A stretch of DNA of 64,000 nucleotides from a virus. Of the stretch, positions 40,165-50,248 are shown piece after piece (position 1 is the stretch's first letter; each line of letters starts with the position of its first letter). Location of the stretch: positions 46,974 through 110,973 of the IMG/VR virus record IMGVR_UViG_3300027770_000039; one strand, written 5' to 3'. The notes below the pieces were generated by a model. It did no database searches and had not been told where the DNA came from. It worked only from the letters and a program-made list of their open reading frames with translations. The position numbers and the translations under genes are program-made.

Positions 40165-40311
40165 ATGACAACAAAACGTGAATATCTAAAAAGCAAGGGC
40201 ATTACAGTTGGTCGCCGTGGTCGCTTCTCAGGAGCTGCCAAGGTTGTGTTAGCGGAAGCTGACAAGAACGGTATGAAGTTTACAGCCGAAGTCCCAACAA
40301 AGACTAAGTAA
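40165..40311 (+). CDS. Lsr2-like DNA-binding (AT-hook) mini-protein
   Basis: REYLKSKGITVGRRGRFS resembles the Lsr2 C-terminal RxWA..G..V..RGR motif; CGAAAGG RBS. Confidence 0.6.
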   Translation: MTTKREYLKSKGITVGRRGRFSGAAKVVLAEADKNGMKFTAEVPTKTK

Positions 40312-40394
40312 ACAAACTAACATTGGGAGGGGTTGAGAGAACGTGCTCTTGACCTTTCCCAACCTTTTTGATAAAATCTTAATGAGAGGCGGAC

Positions 40395-40664
40395 ATGGGT
40401 AAAAGAACAGACGAAGATAAAATAGCAGAACAGTTACAAGAAGTTCTAGACAATCATTGGTTCAACCCTTCTATATGTGCCAGTGTAATTGTAAATAGAT
40501 TTCCATTATATACGCAAGACAGATTAATGGATTTAATGAAAGAAATTATTAAAGAGCAGGCTTCTAAGTTCCGACCTTATTGGGAGGAAGGAGTAACTTC
40601 CGAAGCAATTATGCTAGCAAGTCATCTTGCTGAGGTTATAGAAATGCATGAGCCCCTGGCATGA
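40395..40664 (+). CDS. Hypothetical protein
   Basis: 89-aa ORF with GAGGCGG RBS. Confidence 0.6.
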   Translation: MGKRTDEDKIAEQLQEVLDNHWFNPSICASVIVNRFPLYTQDRLMDLMKEIIKEQASKFRPYWEEGVTSEAIMLASHLAEVIEMHEPLA

Positions 40665-41643
40665 CCGAAAAAGTCAAAGCTGGCAAGGATCGAAAGAAAG
40701 CTAATCATTCTTTAAGGACATTCCGTAAATGGAAGAAAAATGAGGCGGCTAAGAAACAAGCAGAAATAGATAGATACAATAATCTATGTGGTCCAGTAAC
40801 CATAACATATATAAGTAAATAAACATACATCTGGGATATATGCCTGATATGTACCATTGGTACACATTGGGTTATATGTCCCATTTGTTGTATATAGCTA
40901 AGGGCAGAATGTTGTCTTTACGATAAGGTATAAAAAATCCTGGAAAATATCTCAGAATATATAATAAATGTATATTAATTTAAAGAAACATATATAGAAT
41001 ATAACAAAATATATATAAAATATGGCAGAATATGTGGGCAAAATTTCCACTTTACGAGACATGTTTAAATATCCTGGAACACATTTATATAACATATATA
41101 TAACATATGGCCCAAAGCTCTTGACAATATGGGTAATATATGCCATGTGGGGCAATGTGGAGCATTACGGGGCTAAGTGGGGATCGCTCAATTACATGTA
41201 TATCTATCTAAGTATATATTGATAACATTTACGTTATAATTAATAGCATTTACTTTGATAGATCTCTGATGAATATGGCTCTAAAAGGTCATATAAGGCT
41301 ATTAGAGAGGGTATAAAGTTCGGGGGGATATAGGAATTAGGAGCATATTTTAGCCAATTAGAATGGAGCTTCTCCAGTATCTTTGGCTATACGTAATTGC
41401 TCTCTACCCCATGCATGGAATATGTCTATCTGATTCTGGGTATATAAGCACATCTGACATAGTGAATATACTAGATCGCCTTTGGTATATAGGAAGAGTT
41501 CTTTATCTATATAACATACATTGCATTCCATGGCTTCCCCGCTTTTTATTTATCTGATCTAAATAGCTCGATTACTCCACCTATGATAGCAATGGCTGAT
41601 ATACCTAACATTAGATAGATCCAATATACGTATAGAATAGCCA

Positions 41644-41835
41644 TTATTTACAATTCATACAGTAATATGGAGCACGTAGGTGATCTATACCGACATATCC
41701 TGATTTAGCACATTTGTAACATGTAGCTTTAACTATATTAGGATCTCCAAAATCTACCCATTTGATCCGTGTATCTCTGGTGTAAAATACCTTAGTTGCA
41801 TACCATGTAATGGCTATTAGTAGTAGTTCTATCAT
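41644..41835 (-). CDS. Small TM + Zn-finger protein
   Basis: CYKC...CMNC; AAAGGCGGG RBS. Confidence 0.55.
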   Translation of the reverse strand: MIELLLIAITWYATKVFYTRDTRIKWVDFGDPNIVKATCYKCAKSGYVGIDHLRAPYYCMNCK

Positions 41836-42022
41836 TGTTCCCGCCTTTCAACAATTATGAGTGCATCCACAATCTGGACACTCTCCCCCTGGAGCAGCAT
41901 TACAATCATCGCACCAGTCTGGTGGATTTTGCTTATATCCTGGTATCTTTATTTCAGTCATATAATATATTATACTATATCTATATTATTTTAGTCAACT
42001 ACTTTATATGTACTAAATATTG

Positions 42023-42093
42023 CTTCAGGTGTAGGAATCGGACCTACATTATCAGTTTCGGAAACTGCTCTACGACCATTATAGGAACCTGAA
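42023..42093 (-). tRNA. tRNA-Arg (CCG)
   Basis: Acceptor TTCAGGT/ACCTGAA; anticodon loop TTCCGAA; T-arm GTAGG-TCCGATT-CCTAC (atypical T-loop). Confidence 0.75.
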
Positions 42094-42523
42094 ATTATTT
42101 AGTTTCCTATGATGATAATCCTTTAAATGAGTGACATTCACATACGCCTACTACATCATATTTCTTTTCATCAACTTTAGCTATATCGCTATATTTAGCT
42201 TTACTCTGACAGTAATGACACTTCTCTGTCTCTTCCGTTTTTTCCAGAAATATCTCAAAATTATCTAATATGCCCATAGTAACCATTATAGCATAATATG
42301 GTCAACGTAGTTGACTGAAAACTATCTACTTTTCGCCGCACTTTTAATCGTGGAATATAGATCATTATTCTTTTATAATTGATCTATCTATTCTTCGTAT
42401 CTCGTATGAGCATACAGGGCATTCACCTATTACTAAATAATTTTTAGACTCTAGCTGAGTTATTGCGTTGACTTGGCCAGAGACTACCTTTTTACAATAT
42501 TTGCAGTAAGCCTTGGTTATAAT

Positions 42524-42910
42524 TTAAATTACTTCCTGGCCAGATTTTTCAACTACAAATCCGTTCTCTCTATCAAAAAGAACATAGTCTAAAGACTTAA
42601 CGTCAAAGTATGTTTTAAACAAAGCTATTACTTTTTCAAAATCTAGTTCACCGCATGTATATAGATCAAACTGGATTAGGCCTGGACGCTCCTCGTCCCA
42701 GATATGGAATGCAGCATGGCTTGTTTCAATCATAACAACACCAGTAAGGCCTCTGTTTCCTTCTTTGTTTACATATGAGGTAAATGGTCCCTTTATGATT
42801 TTCATATCTACAGACTCAATAAGATCTTTTAAGAAATCAATTCCCTGCTGCTCAGACCTAACTGGGTCTGATATTCTTGCATTTACTAATAGATGTTTGT
42901 GATATATCAT
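42524..42910 (-). CDS. speD: S-adenosylmethionine decarboxylase proenzyme
   Basis: GLTGVVMIETSHAAFHIW..DLYTCG. Confidence 0.85.
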   Translation of the reverse strand: MIYHKHLLVNARISDPVRSEQQGIDFLKDLIESVDMKIIKGPFTSYVNKEGNRGLTGVVMIETSHAAFHIWDEERPGLIQFDLYTCGELDFEKVIALFKTYFDVKSLDYVLFDRENGFVVEKSGQEVI

Positions 42911-43564
42911 TTATCTGCCTGTCCTAAAAATTCACTATTCCATAGATTGGACAGTGATTCATTGCCAATGTCATCAAAGTAGTATCTCTTTTTTTCTGGG
43001 CTGTAGATCCAGCCTTTCCATAAACCAGTTTCTTCTTCCGCCCATGTTAGATTGGTTGGAGTTTCATTTATAGCATTATCAAATTCTTTCATTAATGACT
43101 CGCTCATATGCCGTTGTCTTCCATATACTTTAAACGCTCTTCGTATTTTTCCCAATATGGCACCCCGCTTGCATCGTAGTCAGATCCTAGTCTATCTAGC
43201 ATCTCTTTATTTTCTGCAGAAATACTTTTGATCTTTTTTCTTAATAACTCTAATTTTTTAAAATCTTTGCAATTTTGACAAAGAGCTGTGTCAAAATCTT
43301 CAAAAGATATAGAAACTTTTGTCCAGCAGTTGTAGCACAAGTAATCCATTGATTTTATTTTCAATCTTCGCCCTCAATCTCTTCAGCCAGCGACTCAATA
43401 TCTTCATCAATTAAGTCTTTAAATTTTTTATAAAAAGATTTACTTAATTTTTCTACTTCTTCTATTATCCAGTAAAGCTCTTCTTCACTAAAATCATCAA
43501 TATGATCCAGTATAAAGTCATCTACTAAATTTAAGGTTTCATTTCTTAAATCAAAATTAAACAT
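42907..43564 (-). CDS. Three small hypothetical ORFs (42907-~43107, 43104-~43349, 43361-43564)
   Basis: Coupled ORFs; one has CxxC/CxxC. Confidence 0.55.
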
Positions 43565-43596
43565 AATATAATTATACTATTATTTGCTAGTAAAGG

Positions 43597-44139
43597 TCAA
43601 CTATAGTCTTGAACAATTATTTGTGAGGGCAGGCTGGTATGTATATCAAACTTAGCAGACACTTCAATAGCTTTGTTTGCCGATAAAATTGCGTCTTCTA
43701 TGGTGTCTATCTTTTGACCCATCACGTAGCCTATGGCTATATTTTTTCCGCTTCCAGTTCCATATACCTTGTAGTCACTTTTGCTTATAGAAAAATCTGG
43801 GCCTATGTCGAATATTTTACCTTTTACTGATATTAAGAAATTAAAGTCTGCTTCATCATGAGACCAGTCGTAATTTGCTTTCTTTAAGCATTTCATCATT
43901 GAGGGAATCATTTTGTTTACCACCCACGTATTAATATCTCCAGATATCTTAGGGGGTTTCCATGAGTATGCAATTATGTCCCCAGGTCTTGCATCTCCCC
44001 TTAACCCAACAATTAGATCTTTATATTTAATTAGCTTTGGGGTATCTTGGCTTACCATCTTAAAGTTATCATCTGTAATCTGGCTGTCTGCTGCCATGAC
44101 CGACCAACAGCATCCTTCTATGCCTACTATAGTTGTCAA
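43597..44139 (-). CDS. Ntn-hydrolase (HslV/proteasome beta-like) protease
   Basis: N-terminal TTIVG, AADSQ, GTGSG, D..T. Confidence 0.8.
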   Translation of the reverse strand: MTTIVGIEGCCWSVMAADSQITDDNFKMVSQDTPKLIKYKDLIVGLRGDARPGDIIAYSWKPPKISGDINTWVVNKMIPSMMKCLKKANYDWSHDEADFNFLISVKGKIFDIGPDFSISKSDYKVYGTGSGKNIAIGYVMGQKIDTIEDAILSANKAIEVSAKFDIHTSLPSQIIVQDYS

Positions 44140-44446
44140 CAGTTTTTAATATCTGTTATTATAGCCTCACCAAGCTCTTTGGTAAAATGGACATGACTCT
44201 CAGACAGTTTCTCAAATGCTGGAAAAAGAATGTTTATAATTTTGTTTTTAATTATTGTTTCATAATTTGACAAAATCTGTTCTGCTTTTAAAAATTGTTC
44301 ATCTTCCATTTATTCCTCCTTGTTACAGTATTTTATTGAATTATCACATATTGGGTATTCGGCAGATCCTTCACAATTACAGGCTTTAGATATGCTTATT
44401 CCTTTTTTTATTAAAGACTCTTTAACAATCTGTGGTATGTCTTTTG

Positions 44447-45061
44447 TCATGTTTTTGATTTATCATTCCACCAACGAACATTATTCCCACTATGTTTTCC
44501 AGCATTAGTTGAGTTTCCAGTAAGCATAATTCTTAAAAGAGCTGGCAACTGATATCTTGGCTGGTCCGATCCAGATGTTACAAAAAAATCAATTAATCCT
44601 TTTAAAACATAATATGTTGTTAAAGAATATAGGTTTGGTTTTTCTTGACAATTATAGTCAAAAGCAATTAGCTGGTATTTATCATGTAAAAAAATAATTT
44701 CATCAAGATTATGTGTTTTTTGTAAATTATCTAGCCATGCCTGTTCTTTATGACTTATTGCATAAATATTAGAATTTAAACGCTTTCCATAATCTTTTTT
44801 ATTTTGATTTAAAACCTTTAAATCTCTTATAGAATCTGGTGAATCTGCATTAAAAAAATGCAAAATTGTTGGTTCGCTAAAGTTTACCCAATCTTCATTT
44901 ACAATAAATAAAGGAGCTTCCGTTCCTAGCGATGGATTAAACTTTGGATTATACGAATGCTTTAAGACACCAGCAATATCTATTCCGTGTCGGATAGGCA
45001 TTTGCAAATCGTTACTTTCTTTTTTGCTTAACCGAATAGATTCAGCTTCGGCAGGATTCAA
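44447..45061 (-). CDS. Degenerate redoxin-like protein (tentative)
   Basis: LGTEAPLF...ILHFFNADSPDS resembles an AhpC/TSA fold without the Cys motif. Confidence 0.4.
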   Translation of the reverse strand: MNPAEAESIRLSKKESNDLQMPIRHGIDIAGVLKHSYNPKFNPSLGTEAPLFIVNEDWVNFSEPTILHFFNADSPDSIRDLKVLNQNKKDYGKRLNSNIYAISHKEQAWLDNLQKTHNLDEIIFLHDKYQLIAFDYNCQEKPNLYSLTTYYVLKGLIDFFVTSGSDQPRYQLPALLRIMLTGNSTNAGKHSGNNVRWWNDKSKT

Positions 45062-45544
45062 TTAAGGTCTCCAACCTCTTAGCAACAATGAAAGTTCATA
45101 AAATCTTTTATTTTCTTGAGCCCAAGCTATTTTATTATCTTTTACTAAATAATCAGGGAAACCAAGTTTTTCATCATCACCAGTTCCGATAGCCGATGCT
45201 TCTTCTTCAGCATTAGTTATTCCTTTGTACAAAACTGATTTATAATTTGCTTGAATAGACTGATCTAAATCGTAAACATCATGTACATTATTTAATCCAA
45301 CTAATCCTGGGACTGTTGATTTAAATGCTTGAACATCTTCTTCGTTATTATCCCAAACTAAACAAATCTTTATATCTTTAATTGTATTTTCAGTCATTGC
45401 TTGCACTAAAGACCTGCTTTTTCCATTTGCATTTGGCCTAGCAATTCTTCCCATAAACAAAACAAGGGCTTCCTCATTAGAATTTTGAGATAACCAATCA
45501 AATTGTGGTGCAGCATCTCCTACGCTTAACATATCTTTATTCAT
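45062..45544 (-). CDS. Degenerate AhpC/TSA-like protein (tentative)
   Basis: LSVGDAAPQF N-terminus; no peroxidatic Cys motif. Confidence 0.45.
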   Translation of the reverse strand: MNKDMLSVGDAAPQFDWLSQNSNEEALVLFMGRIARPNANGKSRSLVQAMTENTIKDIKICLVWDNNEEDVQAFKSTVPGLVGLNNVHDVYDLDQSIQANYKSVLYKGITNAEEEASAIGTGDDEKLGFPDYLVKDNKIAWAQENKRFYELSLLLRGWRP

Positions 45545-45599
45545 AAATTAAATCTCCTTTAGGTTTTGACCTACACTAATTATATATTAAAAATCAACC

Positions 45600-46517
45600 T
45601 TAGTCAATAGAGCAGTCTAGTATTACTTTGCCATAGGTCTTCCTGCTAAGTATATCATAATGCGCCTTAGAAGCCTCTTCAAGTGGATATTTAAAATCTG
45701 TGTATGTCTTAAGCAGACCCTTTTCAACTAAAGAAAATAATAGATTTACAGTATCAATAAATTTAGACGGCTCATCAAAACAATTATGTAGCCAGAATCC
45801 AGAAACAGTTTTAGACCCACTCATTAATATTTTAGGATCAACAAGATTTATGGGATAATTATTAAAATTTTCATCTGCCATTCCATAAATTACAAGTCTT
45901 CCAAAATTTTTTAATAAAGACAAGTCCCTCCCTATGTCTGATCCAGACATGTTTAAAATTACATCAAATTTTTTATTATGTATATTAGTTTTAACTCCCA
46001 TTTCATTAAAAATTTTAATGACGGAATCTTTTGTGGATGTTGAATAAACATCAGCATTCAGCATTTTGGCCAGCTGAATAGCAATTGATCCTACACCACT
46101 GCCACCAGAATAGATTAAAACACTTTCTCCACTTTTAACATTTCCTATGGTATTTATTAAATGCCAAGCAGAAGATCCTTGTATAAAAACGTGCAAAGCC
46201 TGCGAAAACGAGATGCTGTCTGGAATTTCTAATGTTAAATTTTTCCAAAGATTGGCTTTAGCTGCGTAGCTTCCAGATGGACATATTCCAATTACTCTTT
46301 TTTTATTTTTATCAAAACCTGCCGCTTCACCACCAGGAATAAATGGAGTTCTTGATGTCATTAAGTATGTATTTTTTATTTGATGAGTGTCTGCAAAATT
46401 TACTCCAATTTCTTTTACATCAATTAAAGTATGCCCTGGCATTTCTTTTAAATCTGCAACTTCTTGAAATAACATTGAATCTGGCCCACCAAATTCTTTT
46501 ACTATTATTGCCTTCAT
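45600..46517 (-). CDS. NADPH:quinone oxidoreductase (zeta-crystallin/MDR)
   Basis: FGGPD, GVNFAD, PGGEAAG, GSGVGSIAIQLAK, AH...GKVIL. Confidence 0.9.
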   Translation of the reverse strand: MKAIIVKEFGGPDSMLFQEVADLKEMPGHTLIDVKEIGVNFADTHQIKNTYLMTSRTPFIPGGEAAGFDKNKKRVIGICPSGSYAAKANLWKNLTLEIPDSISFSQALHVFIQGSSAWHLINTIGNVKSGESVLIYSGGSGVGSIAIQLAKMLNADVYSTSTKDSVIKIFNEMGVKTNIHNKKFDVILNMSGSDIGRDLSLLKNFGRLVIYGMADENFNNYPINLVDPKILMSGSKTVSGFWLHNCFDEPSKFIDTVNLLFSLVEKGLLKTYTDFKYPLEEASKAHYDILSRKTYGKVILDCSID

Positions 46518-46534
46518 TTTATTCCTTTTTTTCT

Positions 46535-47134
46535 TTATAGGGTTTTTGGAAGTATGTCAATGACCAAATGTATTCTGTCTGTCAGTCCATCGTTACGAAC
46601 AGAGTGCAAATTGCTTTTATTTATTTCCCAGCATTCGCCAACTTTCATAAACTTTTTAGTATTGCCATTTGTAAAAGATGTTTTTTCATTAGTTGTTAAT
46701 ACAATATGATATCTTTTTGTTTCTTTTGAATATTTTAAAAAATCAACGCTTACACTGTTATCTGAATAATCTCTATGCTCTGGAATTGAAGTTTGCGGCA
46801 AAAGATTAGAAAGAGCAATGCTGCCATGGATCTTTCCAGGATTAATTGATTCCAAATATCTTGCAATAGGTTTCACTAAATCCCATAATTCTTGGTCCTT
46901 GCTTACAATTTTTGGACTTAATGGCTTTTTATTTACAATAGCTTGTCTTATTATAGTAGACAAATGACCAAATCCAACTTCTGCAATTTGATAACTAGAA
47001 GTCCAAAGAAAATAATTATCTTTGGTCCCGTCAAAATGTTCTTTTGGCAGAGTTAAAACTTTTTTGGACAATTTTTCTATATCAAAATTTGCAATAAAAT
47101 TAAAATCAAAATCCTTAAATTCTTCTTTTTTCAT
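46535..47134 (-). CDS. Asp/Asn beta-hydroxylase-like 2OG-Fe(II) oxygenase
   Basis: IPEHRD, RYHIVL, GECWEIN..HSVRN..DRIHLVID; leaderless start 47134. Confidence 0.8.
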   Translation of the reverse strand: MKKEEFKDFDFNFIANFDIEKLSKKVLTLPKEHFDGTKDNYFLWTSSYQIAEVGFGHLSTIIRQAIVNKKPLSPKIVSKDQELWDLVKPIARYLESINPGKIHGSIALSNLLPQTSIPEHRDYSDNSVSVDFLKYSKETKRYHIVLTTNEKTSFTNGNTKKFMKVGECWEINKSNLHSVRNDGLTDRIHLVIDILPKTL

Positions 47135-47169
47135 ATAATTAATTATATCATATATGCTATAATATTGAA

Positions 47170-47880
47170 ATGCATAATTTAGAGCAAGATAGCTCATCTT
47201 CTAATTTTTTTCAACATATATCTAAAAATCAATTAAAAAAAACTAATGTTTATTCTACTAGAGAAGATTTTTTATTAGAAAATTTAAAACAAAAATCAAG
47301 AATTATTGAAATTGGTACCCTAGCGGGAGATTTTGCCTATCACATTTTAACAGAATATGATCCAGAATATTTGCTTTTAGTTGACATATTTGGTCAAGAA
47401 GATGTCGGCGTTTATGTAAACAAAATACAACCAGAAAAAAGATTTACCCCAGAAAATCATAAAGACTGGGTTTTTAAAAGATTTGAAAAATACAAAAACG
47501 TTGAAGTTAAATGGTCTAGGGGCTTTGAAGCTCTTTCAAATTATCATAAAACTTTATCAAAAAATTCTTCTTGGGACTCAAGTGATAATTTATTTGACTT
47601 TATATATTTAGACTCAAATCATAATTTCTCAAATGTTTTAAGAGAACTGCTTTCAGCGGAGCCTTTAATTAAAGTGGGCGGTGTTATTGGAATTAATGAC
47701 TATATGCTTAACGGAATTTTTACTGAGGAGATATTTAATAATTCAGAATGGAAAGACGTTTCTTACGGAACAATGCAGGGGGCTAGTTTTTTCTTAAATA
47801 AGTTTCCCAATTGGCACGTTATGTCTATTGCTTTAAATGGTGCTGGGAACATGGATTTGTTTTTACAAAAAGAATCATGA
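47170..47880 (+). CDS. SAM-dependent methyltransferase (Methyltransf_24-like)
   Basis: IEIGTLAG, LVD, FDFIYLDSNH, GGVIGINDY. Confidence 0.8.
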   Translation: MHNLEQDSSSSNFFQHISKNQLKKTNVYSTREDFLLENLKQKSRIIEIGTLAGDFAYHILTEYDPEYLLLVDIFGQEDVGVYVNKIQPEKRFTPENHKDWVFKRFEKYKNVEVKWSRGFEALSNYHKTLSKNSSWDSSDNLFDFIYLDSNHNFSNVLRELLSAEPLIKVGGVIGINDYMLNGIFTEEIFNNSEWKDVSYGTMQGASFFLNKFPNWHVMSIALNGAGNMDLFLQKES

Positions 47881-48099
47881 CCTATTAATTAAACGTTTTT
47901 GATATTTTTTTATAACAATACTAATTAGTGATAAAAATACTAAATACGTAAAAATAATAAAATTCTTAATTTTATTCAATTACTTGTGTTTTTTCGCATC
48001 TCAGGCAAACTAAATAAGTTTTTCCTGTAAATGGACATGAGGATTCTAATGGCTTATGTCCTATTATCAAGCATTTTAAATTACTAAAAAATTGTATTT

Positions 48100-49380
48100 T
48101 CATAAATTATCATTTTTTCTAAATTCTATTAAATCTTCATAAAGTTTTTGATCAACTTGTTTAAAATTTTGCAATAATGGTTCAACTATCCTAGGAGTTA
48201 TATTATATAAAGCAATATGTAAATTTTTTGACAACCTATTTTTAGCTTCAGAATCTATCATATTGTAAAAACTTTTAGCAAATCTATATATGCTGTTATT
48301 AGCCTTTTCTTTTTCATACTTATAATATAATTTTCCATCTACAAAAGTAGTTAATTCTTTGGCAACATGCTTTGATATTGGATTTATATCTACTCCATTA
48401 AGTCTACTTTTTTGAACTAATGGGTAGGTTGTAATTCTATCTAGCAGACCGCCATCTGGCGACAATCCTATACCTTGAGTAACATTAGAAGGAGACCATG
48501 CCATTTTTTCAATGTCTAGCCATTGATGATATTCGCTGTTATTTATTTCTACAATTCCCAATTCTATTAATGGAAATTCATTATGTGGCCAAACATTATT
48601 CATTCTAAATATATTAAAATCAAATAAGTCATCATTATCAGCTGGTATAACTTGTGCATACATTTTCCATTTTGGAAAATTATTATTTTTAATAGATTCA
48701 TAAAAATCTTTAGTGTAATAATGAGGGTAGTTTAGAGATACACGCTGAGCTTCTTCGTCAGACATGTATTCATTTCCCTGCATTGTTTTAAAATGAAATT
48801 TAACCCAATACCTTTGCTTTTCTGAATTAATAAAAGAAAAAGTGTTTACTCCATAACCATTCATGTTTCTCCATGTTTTAGGAATGCCACGATCTCCCCA
48901 AGTCATTAATATATTGTGAGTTGAGCCAGGATTTTGTCCAAACCAATTCCATCTTTCTTCATTTTCAAGCATTCCAGAAGCGTAGTTAACTTGTTGTGAG
49001 CTATGAAATCTTTTAATTTCTTTTCTATCAATTACGTACTGTATAGGTACATTTAAACCAACAACATCAAAAATTCCATCATCTTCTGATTCAAATCTAA
49101 TTGAATACCCTCTAGTGTCCCTATATGTTTCAGAAGTTCCATGTTGAGAGGAAGTGCTAGATAATCTTAACATTACTTTAAATTTTTTGCCAATTTGTGT
49201 AAAAAAATCTGAGGTGGTGTATTCTGATATATCATTAGTGCAAACAAATGATCCACCAAAACCAGATCCATTGCCATGAAAAATTCTTTCTTTAGAAAAT
49301 CCGTCTTTATAAAATTGATTCATTTGTGCTGCTGGTATAGCTACCATTGGATTTAAAGATAAAGCTTCAGAAGGATTCAA
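48100..49380 (-). CDS. Heme catalase-family protein, divergent
   Basis: ERIFHGNGSG, DTRG, SDRG-like WGDRGIP..WRNMNGYGVNTF, WVKFHFK, proximal RITTYP. Confidence 0.85.
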   Translation of the reverse strand: MNPSEALSLNPMVAIPAAQMNQFYKDGFSKERIFHGNGSGFGGSFVCTNDISEYTTSDFFTQIGKKFKVMLRLSSTSSQHGTSETYRDTRGYSIRFESEDDGIFDVVGLNVPIQYVIDRKEIKRFHSSQQVNYASGMLENEERWNWFGQNPGSTHNILMTWGDRGIPKTWRNMNGYGVNTFSFINSEKQRYWVKFHFKTMQGNEYMSDEEAQRVSLNYPHYYTKDFYESIKNNNFPKWKMYAQVIPADNDDLFDFNIFRMNNVWPHNEFPLIELGIVEINNSEYHQWLDIEKMAWSPSNVTQGIGLSPDGGLLDRITTYPLVQKSRLNGVDINPISKHVAKELTTFVDGKLYYKYEKEKANNSIYRFAKSFYNMIDSEAKNRLSKNLHIALYNITPRIVEPLLQNFKQVDQKLYEDLIEFRKNDNL

Positions 49381-49396
49381 AGCAGCTCCCCTTAAT

Positions 49397-49603
49397 TTAA
49401 ACTTTCTTTGTTCGTTTTGCTGGTTTACCTAATCCCAAAATTGTCTCTCTTCTTATACCATGCCTATTTCTGTCAACTTTAAGAGATGTTTTAGAATAAT
49501 TTGGTTTAGGCTTTCCTTGTGTAGGATTTTTTCTTGGAACGTTACTAGAAGTTACGGCTGAAGTTTTGGGTTCGCTTGCTGGTGTATTTTCTACGTTAGA
49601 CAT
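49397..49603 (-). CDS. Small basic protein
   Basis: 68-aa K/R-rich ORF. Confidence 0.55.
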   Translation of the reverse strand: MSNVENTPASEPKTSAVTSSNVPRKNPTQGKPKPNYSKTSLKVDRNRHGIRRETILGLGKPAKRTKKV

Positions 49604-49945
49604 TTTTATTTACTTTGTCCCTAGAATAAGATTTTCCCAAAAAAAATGAAGAAATCATTAATAGACCAATCACTAATGAATGCCAAAAATAAAAACTGTT
49701 CATTTAGAATCTTTCTTTTTTTGTTTTACAGCACGCTTTTCTTTAAGAGTCATTTTTGGCTCTTTTTTCTTATTAACGTTACCCTTTTGTTCTTTATTTG
49801 CCATTAATAAATTGTCTTGTCTGCTCTGGCGTTGAGGTCATGCTTAAATTTAAGCCTGACTCACCGTCTCTTGAAACATCTATAACTGGAGCAGGAACAA
49901 TTCCTGTTTCGCTTCCAACTGATTCGCATCCGCATTCAATACACA

Positions 49946-50248
49946 TTATTGTTTGTTCCTACTAAACCAAGAATTTGCCCAAAAATCTACTTTTTCGTCT
50001 ATTGATGGTGTTACTGGTTGCACTGAAGTTACCGCTTCTACAACTGGCGCTTCTACAACTGGCGCTTCTACAACTGGCGCTTCTACAACTGGCGCTTCTA
50101 CAACTGGCGCTTCTACAACTGGCGCTTCTACAACTGGCATTGTTGGCTGTGTTTCTGCTAATAGCGCTGCGTTAGCTGCTAATAGCGCTGCGTTAGCTGC
50201 TGCTAGTTGTTCCGCTGTTGGTTCGTTTACATTTAAGTTATCTGACAC
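49946..50248 (-). CDS. Low-complexity protein with (PVVEA)7
   Basis: ORF track. Confidence 0.6.
   Translation of the reverse strand: MSDNLNVNEPTAEQLAAANAALLAANAALLAETQPTMPVVEAPVVEAPVVEAPVVEAPVVEAPVVEAPVVEAVTSVQPVTPSIDEKVDFWANSWFSRNKQ
50034..50138. repeat. 7 x 15-bp perfect tandem repeat GCTTCTACAACTGGC
   Basis: Directly visible. Confidence 0.95.

Larger units (their letters stand above)
30436..41169 (+). repeat. Dispersed co-oriented element (GCGCCCA..)GGG-N~13-TTA(C/A)G-N16/17-CCYGAAA, ~10 copies
   Basis: TTA(C/A)G at 30469, 31742, 32918, 34880, 36210, 38673, 40069, 40918, 41052, 41165; all intergenic. Confidence 0.75.

Noticed and set aside
30436-41169. Dispersed element as CRISPR repeats or integron attC sites
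   Set aside because: kb-scale spacing, degenerate, not palindromic, no GTTRRRY core pattern and no integrase in the window.
40952-42092. ORFs 40952-41155, 41022-41222, 41363-41557 and 41835-42092
   Set aside because: Low-complexity, no RBS, and overlapping repeats, a tRNA or better minus-strand genes.
50034-50138. Tandem repeats (also 13683 and 62798) as CRISPR arrays
   Set aside because: No spacers; unit lengths are multiples of 3 and in frame; no cas genes.
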